Shown piece by piece: positions 14,274 through 26,315 of a DNA stretch of 64,000 nt. The stretch lies in NCBI GenBank assembly GCA_025786725.1, contig JAHLTZ010000021.1, forward strand, positions 62,001 to 126,000, read 5' to 3'. Source of the stretch: Syncephalis fuscata S228. Taxonomy: Eukaryota > Fungi > Zoopagomycota. Position 1 is the stretch's first letter, and each line of letters begins with the position of its first letter. The notes under the pieces were generated by a model. It searched no databases, was not told the origin of the DNA, and saw only the letters and a program-made list of their open reading frames with translations. The position numbers and the translations under genes were made by a program.

Positions 14274-14523
14274 AACTGCTATTGAACTAAAAAGAAAGAA
14301 ATGACAAACGGATAGCTACGACTCAGTGGTAGTATAGGCAAGATTTGGTATAAAGAGAAAGAAAAATCAATTAATTTTAAGATGCGATGCTGAATCTTAA
14401 AAAGATATCAGCTGCATAGTAATTATTATTTTGCTGCTAATATGTATTCTGATAATGACTTTTTTATAGCACTGTATATTAAGAAAAAACTGTAAAAACT
14501 GTTCTTTTTTATTTTGTTAAAAT

Positions 14524-17500
14524 AAAATGATATAAAATTAAGTGATAAAGAAAATGTATGAATATTGGTGGTAAAGTATAATGTAGGTGTATCCGATTAA
14601 GGGAACCAAATTGTAATTTACAAAGAGTATAGACAATAGCAAAAGGATAACTTTTCAGAAATTGTTTTGATAGAACATAGTATGACTGAATAAGTGCAAA
14701 GATTCAAACTATTCAACAAATGTAATTATTAATAAACAAACAGCTTTATTAATATAGCGTGTTCAATATATGATAATTAATTAGTTTGCTTAGTAATATT
14801 AAATGGCACATAATGTAAACCACAGACTTTAAAAAAAACTGAATATTTGAATCTACTGTACGGAGAATACACTGTATTAAATATTATATTTAGATAAAAT
14901 TATTGACATTCTTTATTATGAATTGCTATCTAATTTATTAAAAAACAGTAGTCCAAATAAATAACAGAATAATGTTAAACAGTGTCCATATTTAAATTGT
15001 TTAACTCCTAACTGTTCCATAATATGGGACATAAACAGCACGGTTCGATGGTGACCCATTAACTCCTGGACTAGGATCAATTACGATATACCCGGAATAC
15101 GGCTGTATCTTATTCTTTGGAATGTTTCGCTTTATATTAATATGTATCCTGATCTCGGCTGTCTGGTATGGTTGTAGATTAATAGGTTTTGGAAGGAAAC
15201 AGTTGTAAGTACATCTGTTTTTGGCGACGAATTGCTAATAGATGTTGATTTTGGACCTCTAGCATTTGAAATATATGAAAAACTACACGATAGTGCTGTG
15301 GCGGATTGGGATGAAATTTTGATCGGCACATTTACTGTATTGATATAAGTATCTCCATATCAATTGAAGATGGCTCAACGCGAATGTTTTTAGTTTCCAT
15401 TAGTTTGCTAAGATTAATCATGCCAGCACCTTGATATTCCACAGGAGCGTAGTCATTTAGATTGCTATTTTTGACTGGAACTGCGTTGTTTTGTAATATA
15501 GTTTTCATAGCTTTAAAGCCAATCGAACTATATCGATTAAGCTCAACCATCAATGCAGCTGCACCAGCAACATAGGCAACAGCAGCTGATATATTGCTGA
15601 AATAAGGTTTGCTTAGTTGTTTATAAATTGTGCCAGTGTAAACGTTGTAGCTTGGTGCCAAAATGTCAGGATAGTGAGGCGGTATGGATGGCTCGTTTTG
15701 CAATCCAGTTGTGTCAGTAGTAACATTACCATCCTCAATGTAACCATACTTTTTTGCAAAAGTATATTTGTACCCACGGTTATTTCTATAACCTTCTTCT
15801 ATAAATAAAGCATCTTTTTCACTAATATTAAATAAAGGCATATCGCATTCCTTTCTTGTTTTAGGACCGTTTACAGTGATAAGGGCAGTCATTTCTAATG
15901 CCTTAGCAAGCTTTAGCAAGGCCTCAATTTCTGTTTTTTTATACCAAATAAGCGCAATGCCTCCTTGATGAAACCCATTAAAATGTTCATCTGATGTACC
16001 TATAGGATTATTGGGAAAGATATCTACTTCTTTACCAAAACCATAGTTCATGTTTGAACATGTAGACGTAAACTCGATACGACGTCCAGTTGTTTTTTCT
16101 TCAAACCAATGCGATAGACGGTATTTTTGTTTAGCGCCACCGACTTTTAATACAGGAAGGCCTTGGTATGAAAAGAATTGCTGGCTTAAAAAATTATTAT
16201 TTGTTGCTGCAGCAATCATAATCACATCTTTTACTCCAGCAATTATTATCATTTGTCTTAGCTTGGCGCTGTTTTCATCTATAACGGCAATTTCCGGCAA
16301 TACAATAATTTTCATTTGATCATTGATTGCAGCTGTTAGAGCTTGCAACACCAATAAGGTTGAAGTTGGACCTTGGCAGTTAAATACGCGATAGGTGCCA
16401 AGTGTCGCCTCGGGCGCAACTCCAGTAAAATAATCGGTTTTTGCAACGGCAATCCCAGCCATGTGCATGCCAAAATTATTGCAATAAGGTAACTGTTTAG
16501 ATTTGTTATTGCTTTTTACAAAATCGCGATAATAGTTATAATTTCCGTTAAATGCATCAATACCTTGATCAATCCCACTGTCAATGATTCCGATTTTCAC
16601 GTCTCTTCCTTTGAACTCTGCGTCGTGAAGTGCCTTAATACCCGTGGGCACATAGTAAGGCGTTACACAAACTGGCTTGCCGGTGATTTTGGAACTAATA
16701 TAAGGACGGTTGTGAGTAATTTTAGTGCTAAAATCATCTTCATGTGTTATGACGCTGTTTACGGCAAAGTGATGTGTCGAACATAATAGCAATAGTGTAA
16801 AAATCGATAATATTCGCCCTTGTCTTGCTATCATTACCATGATCAATTATCGTATCGAAAGTACTTGTATAGAAAGTGTTGATAAAAGCGAATAAAAAAC
16901 GAGACGCTGTAAAAAAATAATGTATTTTGAATAGGTACCTGGTAGTTATTTTCAAATTCAGATAATACCATAAAGAAGTACTGATATGCGCTAAATGATA
17001 TGTTAGATTATCAAACAGATACTTAAACGTGTATCCAAATAGTGTTAACGATAGAGAGCAGTCAAATAGAAGCCACCAGTGATTTGATTTTTGTTTAAAT
17101 GTTTAGTTTTGGTAATTGCCATGCAATATTATTTCTTCTTTAATCAACCACCACAATTTATATATATTTATAGAACCATCTGCCCGTGGTATTATACGCC
17201 AATAGAAATAGCTTGAAATCAACCTATATTCTAAATTATAAATACGCTATTATATACAGCTATATACATAGTTTGAAATCAACCTATTTAATCATTTGCT
17301 TGCTATTTAGTATATCAATTCCATCTATTTCATTGCATATATATATATGTTTTCATATTGTTTCAGCAATACGTAAAAGCAGTAAGATTTATTAATAAAC
17401 AAATAAGCAACTTATACAACAGATAAGATGGTTTGAATGCTAATATATGTGCTATGGTAACTGATGCCACGCACCATCCAGTCACATGTTCAATAAAACG

Positions 17501-17582
17501 CATTTCTGGTTCAATTATACAGATAGTATTGGATGTAGGTATTTGGCCTTTAAATAACAAAAAATAGTTAATAGATTATTTA
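14524..17582 (-). repeat. Left arm of a ~3.06-kb near-identical inverted duplication (partner 26316-29376)
   Basis: Reverse complement matches the partner throughout (mirrored ORFs in the track; boundaries traced by eye). Confidence 0.95.
15001..16840 (-). CDS. Secreted S8 subtilisin-like protein (PA-like insert and C-terminal Fn3-like domain) with catalytic His replaced by Phe; two -1 frameshifts near 15355 and 15195
   Basis: Signal peptide; KIGIIDSGID (Asp), CNNFGMHMAGIA (canonical CNGHGTHVAGI), FTGVAPEATLGTYRVFNC, PDILAP, SNISAAVAYVAGAAAL, APVEYQGAGMIN; after frame repair continues to YSGYIVIDP..RAVYVPYYGTVRS* (stop 15001), ~613 aa. Confidence 0.88.
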
Positions 17583-17668
17583 TAAAAGATAAAATGCATA
17601 ATGATATACCAAGCAGTTAATAGCGAAAATGATCATTTATTGGATGTTGATGCTGTGCAGCTAAAAAT

Positions 17669-18901
17669 TTATATTGACGATTGAGAAATTGGAGCTAAAC
17701 TGTCTAGTAAATCTTTGGGCGCCTTTCGCCGTTCCAATGATATAGCAAGTAGATCACTCAATAATTGAGGAAACATTGCCAAGGCTTCTTTCTCTATATC
17801 ATTCTCGGCCCATTTAAGAATATCAAGTGGAGTACAGGTGTGTTTCTTGTTGTTATACACGTATAGCATGCGCTCCTTTAACTTGTCAGCGGGCCATAGC
17901 GTCATTACCATTCGCTGCTTATCTATACCATATGGCGGTATTTGCATAAATACTCGATATAAGCTTGAGCCTAATCCCCAGCTATCCAGAAGTCGCATTT
18001 CCATTGGAGCGGTAGGATTATAAAACTCGGGAGGACAAAGTCCAACCATACAAATAGCCGATCGCTTTTCATCACCAGTAAATACAATTGAATTGTCAAA
18101 ATCAATAACTTTGATTTCTATTACTTCAGCTTGAATTGGTTCAGCATTAACAATAATATCTACTAGCCAATGAAGCGTGTTAATAATGGCGATCCAATGA
18201 TTATAATATTGCTAAAAAATTAAAAGTTCAACTTACTTTCTAATTTAAGATCACGGTGTGCAACATGTGCTTCGTGCATAAATGCCACACCTGTTAAACG
18301 TGTTAGTCTATCAATAGTTTACCACGTAGCAACTTGCCTGATAATATCTGGAAAAAAATGCTTTTAAGCTGACGGACCTTAGCGGTATCCATAATTCTTA
18401 AATGGTTGTATAGGTCTACGGATTTACGGAAGCTTGATAACACCATGCATTTGTAGCCGTTTTCCGTTTCAAACTTTTCATAAAGTTCCACGACGTGATT
18501 AGCCATAAGTGCGTTTTTTGGCGTCAGTTTATTTTTAAGTGCATTTAGTGCCTAACATTACATTTATTAGTAGCTAAAAGATCTGCTAATATGCTACCTA
18601 CCGTAAAGGCCTTTATTTCTGTTTCAAACAGATTTTTGTCTTTAATACATTTTAAAAAAGCTGGTTTATCAGTAGCGTAAAGACCTTTTGCAGTATAAAG
18701 ATCGTTTGATTTAGTGCCCGCCAGTTTTTCTGTAAGCATTAGTCTTAGATCTTTAGGTAGAATAGGTTCTACTGAACGCCGCTCGAGCAAAATACGATCT
18801 TTTCTGTGATATTTATATGGCACAGTTGCTTCCACACAATTTATGCTATTGACAGCAAGAATAAGTCCATAAGCAAGGAATAGTCTAGAAAGTAGCAGCA
18901 T
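17669..18901 (-). CDS. Ser/Thr protein kinase-like protein with N-terminal signal peptide, 4 exons
   Basis: MLLLSRLFLAYGLILAVNSINCVEA signal; AFLK, ETE, HVVELYEKF, GVAFMHEAHVAHRDLKLENI, KVIDFD, CPPE, DSWGLG, PPYG; introns 18552-18601, 18291-18337 (GC-AG) and ~18160-18236. Confidence 0.9.
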
Positions 18902-20082
18902 AGTGTTGTTTAGAATGTCCGTTATTTCTGGTTTGACAAAATGTATGAATCAAGGTTAGGAAGAAGATATTGGAATGCAAATGCAGCACTGTTTTTATTA
19001 AATATACTAAATGTTGAACAGCAGACGATACTGATTGTAATTGCGGGGTAAGCCGGAGATAACAAAATGAGACTGCCTTGTAAAGCTATCTTTTGCCATT
19101 TTATGAAAGTCAAAACAAAGCACGTGGTATTTTTAAAATAATATTTAGCAATTTCCCTATATATTATCCACGTTCCAATATGTTTGCTATATTGACAATT
19201 TTAAATGCTCATGGCTATTTATAACAAGTTTTTATAAGTTACGAATATCTTGTTTTGGAGCAATAGGTTGAGAACTATTGCTTTTCAAACTGTGCAGATG
19301 TGCAGCTGTTACATTCTGATACGATTATTACCAGAAATTTGGTTGATTAGTATAAATTGTAAGTTTAATTCGATGTTTCGTTGGTTCTATTATAAATGTT
19401 TTTGCAAATATTACATAATTTTTCAACACATTGTATAAATATTTATTCTATCGTCTGCATGTATAACATAAATACATAGCTACTATGCTTATTTTCTCTA
19501 TTCTATTTACCATGATTATGTCAATTCGTCTTTATTAGTATCCTTAACTATGTAATACCGATTTTATTTATATGATGTTAAATGTTTTAGTTATAAAAGT
19601 ATTATACATAGCCAATAGCTGTTGATATATAAATATTATTTTCATATAGCAACTTAAGAATATTTTACTTGGCAGTGACCGATTTATTCACAATCTTTCT
19701 ATGTACAATGCTTTACTTTTTAATTTGTATTATTTGCTATTGCGTATTATTCCCCTTGTTAATCAATTAAATATGGTTTTTTGTAAGTAGTAAATACTAT
19801 AATTAGCTATATTTAATACAATTAATTTTATAATAGCTATTTTAACAATACTAGCGATGATTTATTTAGCTATTTATCTTATTTATATCTAGCTATTGCT
19901 ATTAAACAATTATCAGCCATAACTGACACCTTTGTTTTAAATGCACGTGACGACATAAGCCAATCAAATTGCCATACGCACACGCAATATATCTACGTAA
20001 CAAACAAAATACACTAGTTTAAAACAGTTACTTTATCTTTTCTGTTTAATTAGCGTACAATTTTATTTCATTCGATAAAGAC

Positions 20083-21710
20083 ATGGCATCGCCACTACTG
20101 ACAACAACAAAGGTGCTGCAGTCATTATCCGAGATATTGACGGGTGGTGAAGCTGGCTCGTCAGGCCAAATAGTAGGCGCGGGACTGCAATCTAAACAAG
20201 AATTATTGGCGATTACTGTTCATACTATTTTAGTCTTGGCAGGCTTTCGTTTTATCGGCATTGGTGAACAAGGTAAGTTATATTTAATGTATCGTTATCG
20301 GTTCTAATATAGCGACTTTATTGATAACTTAGAACAAACGACACTGCCTACAAACTGGAACACGGAATCCAAAGATAGTTGGACTTTTCGATATACTCGA
20401 CCTGATACGCAAAAGACATTTCTAGTACAATGTTTGCAGCTTTTTGACAATTTGCTTGTCAATGGTACAACACTCGAGGTAAGTCGAAGGGAATAGACCT
20501 ACTAGCAAGACGTCAACCTTGGCTACATAGGATCGAAAAGTGGCCACGTTAGAGTTGAAAGTGGACGAATTTATACGCAAAGAATTGGTTTACCCTATTA
20601 AATCGTCACCTATACCTGAGGCAAGAGATGGGGGGTTTGATGGTTTGTTTACCTCAGAACGACAGCTAGAAAGATTAATTGAAGAAAGCATGAATGAACT
20701 GGCTATAATGTAGGTAATATTGAAATGTCAACATAGAGTGAGCTAACTATGTACAATATTAGAAAAATGGCACATTCAAGCGAGGGAAATACCGGTGGTG
20801 CAGGCTCTTCTGCTGCAAGAGAAAATCGATCGGTACAACCACCACCACCTTCATATGAGGAGTTGTACCCTCACGATTCATCAGGAGATAAGTAAGTAAT
20901 TTGGTGTTTATGTAGACTACGTAATATATTGATTATTTTTAGTGGTAGCAATTTTGGCTCAAGCAGTATTGGTGCAGCTGATTTAGATCCATTGGCCGCT
21001 TCGCCAATGGTAGGCGGACCAGGGCAAGTACCGACAATAGTATTAAATAGACAGTAATTCTAATACGTGTTATTTGATAGAGGTTTAAGATTACCAGGAA
21101 CGTCCGATCGCTATTATGGCAGTGGTGGTGGCATGCATGTTGGACCAGAACATCCAATATTTAGGCCGGGTGGGGATACACTTCCAGATATTGACCAAGG
21201 ACAGGGCATATTTGGTGGACCACAGCATCTACCACGGTAAGTAACTGTAGTAATAAGTATTTATTAAATGGAATCTTATTAAGGACGGATAATAATATTA
21301 TATCGTTGCTTATTAGTGGATCCGTTCCACCTGGCGCGCGATTTGACCCGATTGTTCCATTTGGACCGAATCCATCTGGTCCACCTCGTCCTGGCCGTGG
21401 AGGAAGTAGGGGAGGCGCACCATTTGGACAAGGACGAGGAAGGGGCGGACCAGGAAGAGGCGGCGGTAGCCTTGGTCCATTCAGGTAGGTACTCAATCTA
21501 CTTTTAATACAAAAACAAATTTAGTAGATATTGATATGCACGATGCAGCTTTTAATATCAAGATATTTCTATGCTAACCAACCATTGCTTGTAGTGGAGA
21601 TCCTGACAATGATGAATTACCACCGCCTTCTGTAAGCTAAGCATTTCATTTAAACTATTCTTATTAATGCCATTATTTTATATTAGGATTATAACAATAT
21701 GTTTATGTAG
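20083..21710 (+). CDS. PSMF1: Proteasome regulator PI31 (PSMF1/Fub1), multi-exon
   Basis: FP-domain LAITVHTILVLAGFRFIG, LPTNWN..SWTFRY; IGAADLDP, GGMHVGPEHPIF, VPPGARFDP, GDPDNDELPPP, C-terminal DYNNMFM*. Confidence 0.92.
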
Positions 21711-22081
21711 CGTCTTTTAAACATAGTATGCAATTTGATCATGTAGCTGAGCTGTAATCAAGCAATAATGATTTGTAATTATTATATATGTCAAATTGCC
21801 ACGTAAACAATGATATAAATGTATTGAATGATTAAGTAATATCAATAAATAATAGAAGTACTAAATATAATATTAGTTAAATATTACGTATAATAAAGAA
21901 ATGCCATTTAGCACCAATACTCATTATCATAGAACATATAAACAGTCAAAATACTGAGTATGATAAAGAAAAACTATTTAGCACAAAATGTCGTTAACAT
22001 CATGTTCAATAATGTAATTACAGTAAAAGATGTCATTTATAATAAAAGTAAATGGATCAAAGGAAATTATTAAAACAAAAA

Positions 22082-24235
22082 TTAAAGTTTAGCACTAGCA
22101 TGGGCCGATGTGCCAGCGTTGGCTTTAGCACGCGCACGGCGACGTTCAACACGAGCACGGGCAGCATCTAGCACAGGGCGTACTGTGCTGTCGTAAGCCG
22201 GATAGACATCGGTCTGGTTGGCCGGTTCTTGTTCTGCCATTGATGTCATGGCTTCGTAGACCTTGCCATCAGAGCGCCCAAGCGCCGAATGCAATAAATA
22301 GTCTGGAAGAGCAAAGGCATCGACCAAAGCAACTGCATTTGGACGCAGTTCTGTCAGCAGTGCACGAACCGTGTCCCGCACTAGACTAGCCTGTTTAGAT
22401 GACATAAAGCCATCTTCGAAAAGATCGGCCAAACAGCTCTGCTCAAGCGTATGTAAAGCGAAAAGCGAGGAAAGCGCACAAAGTGGCGCACGCAAGTCTT
22501 CAGGAATACCAGGACGATGGGCCACATTAACAAAGTTGCGTACTAGTAATAGCTGGCAATGTGCCTCCGATGCACGATGAATCTCTACAAGCGATTCGTT
22601 CCAGGTACGGCCACGCGGCCCAAGCGATTCGGCAGCAAGTTCAATGAGGCGAGCAGCACGATGTGTGAATGCGGCAATTTGCACCTCTGGTCGACGCAAG
22701 TCCTCAAGTTGATTGACCTTCCAGGTGACGGGTCCGGGCGACGTATGCTTAGCGATCAAGTAATGGCGTATATAAGCAGCTGTCTGGTTCTGGACCGTTG
22801 GCTTTCGGTTCTCACCAGCGGAGGCGGCACCACCAGCACCATTTTTCTGCAGTTCTTGCACGACCGACCGGAAGGTCTTAAGCAAATAGCGCGTGGTTTG
22901 CTGAGTCAAAATATAGTTGTCGCCTTCCCAGGTAACATTTGGCAAGACATCAGCGTAGAAAGTGGTTAAGCCAGAGAATGCCGAAAAGCCATGGCCGCCA
23001 CAGGCACGGCGGCACGTCTCGGTACCAGCAATGGCAATGTTGCTAGTAAGTGATTTAAGGCCTGACGAACTAGCGTGGATATCGGCAAGCATTTCAAGAT
23101 CGCCATCACGTAGCTTTTGTGTAAATTCTTCATACATTCGCATCATCCATTGTCCGGTAACCATTAAAGCGTAGGCTTGGGCAATGGCTGGGAAAAGACG
23201 ATACTGTAGCGTTGTGTAGTTAATGACTTGCATTTCTTCACCAGCAGCCACTGCTTCCTCAGTGGCGCCGGCATCGGCAAACTGACGACGTACCGCAGCA
23301 TACCGTGTAGCAATCGTGGTGGCGCGGGCCAAGTACAAGCCCACACCGCGTACAATGCTAGCACGTACAAACACCATTGTACCGTAGCCGAGTTTGGCAT
23401 TGGGCGGCTTGATGTAGTCGCCTTCAGGCGTGACACGAGCATATTTAGATAGCATATGATCGCGTGGAATACGATAGTGATCAAAAAGCAAATAGCCATT
23501 GTCAATCGTATTGACGCCAAATTTAGGACCTATGTCGCCAACGGTAATGCCAGGCAACGGACGATGATCTTCCAATGAACGAAGTGGTACGAAAAACGTA
23601 TGAGGCCCGTGGTCGCGGCCTTTAGTGACAAGTCGCGCCACGACAACGGCATGGGTGGCGGCCAATCCCAAAGAACCAACCCACCACTTGCTAGAAGTAA
23701 GTGTAGGTGAGTGAAATTCAAATTCTTGCGTTTCTGGAATATAGGTTGCAACTGTCTCGAGTCCTTGGACATTACTTCCATGACCCAGCTCAGTTTGAGC
23801 GTAACAACCAATAATCTCGTAGTTTAATGCTTTGACCAAAAAGCGACGACGTTGGTCACTGTCACATTGACCTTGGAGTGTTGGGATAAACATGGCGCGG
23901 TGAAGCGTGAATGGGCCAGACTCGTCGATTAAGTACTCGGCCACAGCAATATCTTCATACGTCCAACGATGCTTCATCATCAGCTCAACGAGTCGTTTCT
24001 CTTTGCCAAATGCATGATGCAAACGCTCTTCACGGCTGCTGTAATAGCGCTTACTCTTATCGAATGCCGGATCGTTCTCAATTATTTCAAGAAGACGCGT
24101 CTGGCGTTCTAAATGTTCTTCGCCATAAAGAAAATGAGAAAGTTTGCTTGGATCAAATGATGCTTGTTGACGTTCCCGTGCTAATAATTCAGTGCCTTGC
24201 GGTCCAGAAGGTTTAAGATTTTTTGGAAATTTCAT
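22082..24235 (-). CDS. POX1: Peroxisomal acyl-CoA oxidase, intronless
   Basis: 717-aa ORF with GCYAQTELGHGSNVQGLET, SSKWWVG, GDIGPKFG, CRRACGGHGF, TWEGDN; C-terminal PTS1 -AKL. Confidence 0.97.
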   Translation of the reverse strand: MKFPKNLKPSGPQGTELLARERQQASFDPSKLSHFLYGEEHLERQTRLLEIIENDPAFDKSKRYYSSREERLHHAFGKEKRLVELMMKHRWTYEDIAVAEYLIDESGPFTLHRAMFIPTLQGQCDSDQRRRFLVKALNYEIIGCYAQTELGHGSNVQGLETVATYIPETQEFEFHSPTLTSSKWWVGSLGLAATHAVVVARLVTKGRDHGPHTFFVPLRSLEDHRPLPGITVGDIGPKFGVNTIDNGYLLFDHYRIPRDHMLSKYARVTPEGDYIKPPNAKLGYGTMVFVRASIVRGVGLYLARATTIATRYAAVRRQFADAGATEEAVAAGEEMQVINYTTLQYRLFPAIAQAYALMVTGQWMMRMYEEFTQKLRDGDLEMLADIHASSSGLKSLTSNIAIAGTETCRRACGGHGFSAFSGLTTFYADVLPNVTWEGDNYILTQQTTRYLLKTFRSVVQELQKNGAGGAASAGENRKPTVQNQTAAYIRHYLIAKHTSPGPVTWKVNQLEDLRRPEVQIAAFTHRAARLIELAAESLGPRGRTWNESLVEIHRASEAHCQLLLVRNFVNVAHRPGIPEDLRAPLCALSSLFALHTLEQSCLADLFEDGFMSSKQASLVRDTVRALLTELRPNAVALVDAFALPDYLLHSALGRSDGKVYEAMTSMAEQEPANQTDVYPAYDSTVRPVLDAARARVERRRARAKANAGTSAHASAKL

Positions 24236-24840
24236 GCTGGCAGTTAAGTAATAGAAATGATATGAAGAAAAATAAAATAAAAGGGCAGTTGCTGTTTAAT
24301 ACAGGTGTAGTTACGTGCAGTCTACTTATTTAAATAGTAGCATTAGATCGGCATCATTAAACAGATCTTGCCGAGAAGCATGAATGGAATTTGTTCCCTT
24401 TTTTGTGAAACCTGCACCATTGTGATTTGTAGGTCTGATGATCACTGCTGTACGTCGGCAACACTAGCGCCGACAAAATGGCCAATCATTGGCTTTGCCT
24501 TTAAAAAGTCATGTGCAGACTCCACGTGTTTCCAAAGTTCGTGGTAAAAAAGATTGATATAATTTGGTACTCCGTTAAATTGATATAATAAATTCGGCTT
24601 CTCTACACATCAGTGCCAACACGTGAAATCAGATGCAAGTACATATAAGTAATAGTATCTATGGCGACCGGATATGCATCGGTAAGTAAGAGTAGTTGCA
24701 TTTGCTCGGAAAATAAAAATTAATTTGTTTGTGTAACATTTGGCCACACATAGTAACACTATCAGACTCAGAATATATTTATGCATTGGTTAATTGCTAA
24801 TATTGCCAATTTATAATAATGCTTTCATTTATTGCGTATT

Positions 24841-24878
24841 TTAACAAAAAAGTTGTAATAAAGGCATGGCTACTATTT
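24841..24878 (+). repeat. 38-bp dispersed repeat (inverted copy at 50037-50074; shorter copy at 25170-25190)
   Basis: TTAACAAAAAAGTTGTAATAAAGGCATGGCTACTATTT vs reverse complement of 50037-50074 TTAACAAAAAAGTTGTAATAAAGGCGTTGTTACTATTT (35/38). Confidence 0.75.
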
Positions 24879-26315
24879 GACATTCATTAAGCACATGTAA
24901 GTATTGCTACCTATATTTGCTTCTTATTGATATGTAGGTATCAACACTTATTTACTCACCTAAATATTATAATTTAATTTTAGTTTATTTACTGTTAAAC
25001 TGATGCGTGACCTTTTAAAAGTGCTACATATAAGCTGATATTTAACATGTCTCTCAGTTTGAATTTTCCAATCACGCTACTTGCTCATGTGCAGCATTAT
25101 AATAATTATAAATACAAAGTAACAAATATTGTAGACAATTTCAAAGTTGTAAATTATTTGTTATTTATGTTAACAAAAAATTGTAATAAATACAATCTAA
25201 TATAGTTAATAATAAACAAGCGTACAATTTAATAATTTAGACGGAATGCATCGTTAGCATTGTGGGAGCTGTATACAGATGCTTGTATATCATGCTTATT
25301 AGTTGAATAAATAAATAAAATTGCCGCTTTGATAGCAACACCTAGTATGGAAATACACACATCAAAGTCCCAAACGAGCAACTTGAAATAGTTGCATGTA
25401 TTTAAATTTTGAGAATCTACCGTAGCATATGGTTTTCATGTCAATTTTAGAATCTTCCAAGTATTTTGATGACAACATTAACTAAAGTCTGCTTCATCAC
25501 AGCCTAAATCAAAAGTAATTAGAATAATACTTTTCTCGTCACTTTCTCCAATTATAAAAAACTTCCATATAGTCTGGTAGATTATAAAACTTGCCAGTAG
25601 CAAGATCTATTATTTAGTGTCGGCTCTTCTTTGGTTTTAATTTTAGGCCTGCCAAATGACCGGATATTATAGTACTGCTAAATCATATGGCAATCATTCA
25701 TATTACAAGGCATTCTAGCAGTAACCCAATTCTTATCAGCGCATGCTGGTATATATACATATTATCGTTAGTGCGTAAAACTGTATAGTGACTGTCGATA
25801 AATAAAGTTCTATATAATATGGACCTACAAATGGCTTAACAAGTAGCAAATTTATAGAATCTTTTGTTTCAAATTTAAAATCTCATGTGGACAAATAAAG
25901 CCAGCATTTTCAAAATATATGTTGCCAATTGCTATAAAAAACCGAGGTGCATCTCCAACTATAGGTGGCATGCAAAGGTTGGATTTAAATGTGGCCATGG
26001 CAATACGTGCAGTGCAGATAAAAATGAAAAGTCATCTAAAATATCTAATAGATTGTAGCGTCCAAACAAAAAATAGTAATATATAACGTATTACAATGCT
26101 TAGTGTCGCACCATTGTCTTAAATGGGCTCTTACTGCAAAGTTTTTTGAACCTTTTGAAAATTGCACAATATATTCAAGATACATGTCTAAAATACATTT
26201 TTTTAAAAATTAAAATATTTCAATTGGTTGATTCAATAAAATTACGTTTACTATTTATTTAAATAATATCAGCGATTCATTTTATTAGCTGCTTTATTTA
26301 TTTCTATTAGTTTAT

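Noticed and set aside
17186-17560. Small ORFs inside the duplicated upstream region (mirrored at 26338-26712)
   Set aside because: Non-ATG starts, AT-rich, no recognisable domain; duplication alone explains their recurrence
19800-19900. TAGCTA recurring at ~25-33 bp spacing, superficially array-like
   Set aside because: Core is only 6-9 bp in very AT-rich DNA, and the context is eukaryotic; not CRISPR or a clear satellite
24348-24373. CGG-N19-CCG as an oleate response element for POX1
   Set aside because: Lacks the internal TNA consensus; the motif is defined in budding yeast and likely occurs by chance
25330-26040. Possible decayed gene on the minus strand (fragments such as DLATGKFYNLPDYME)
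   Set aside because: Many stops and no identifiable homology; cannot be supported without a search
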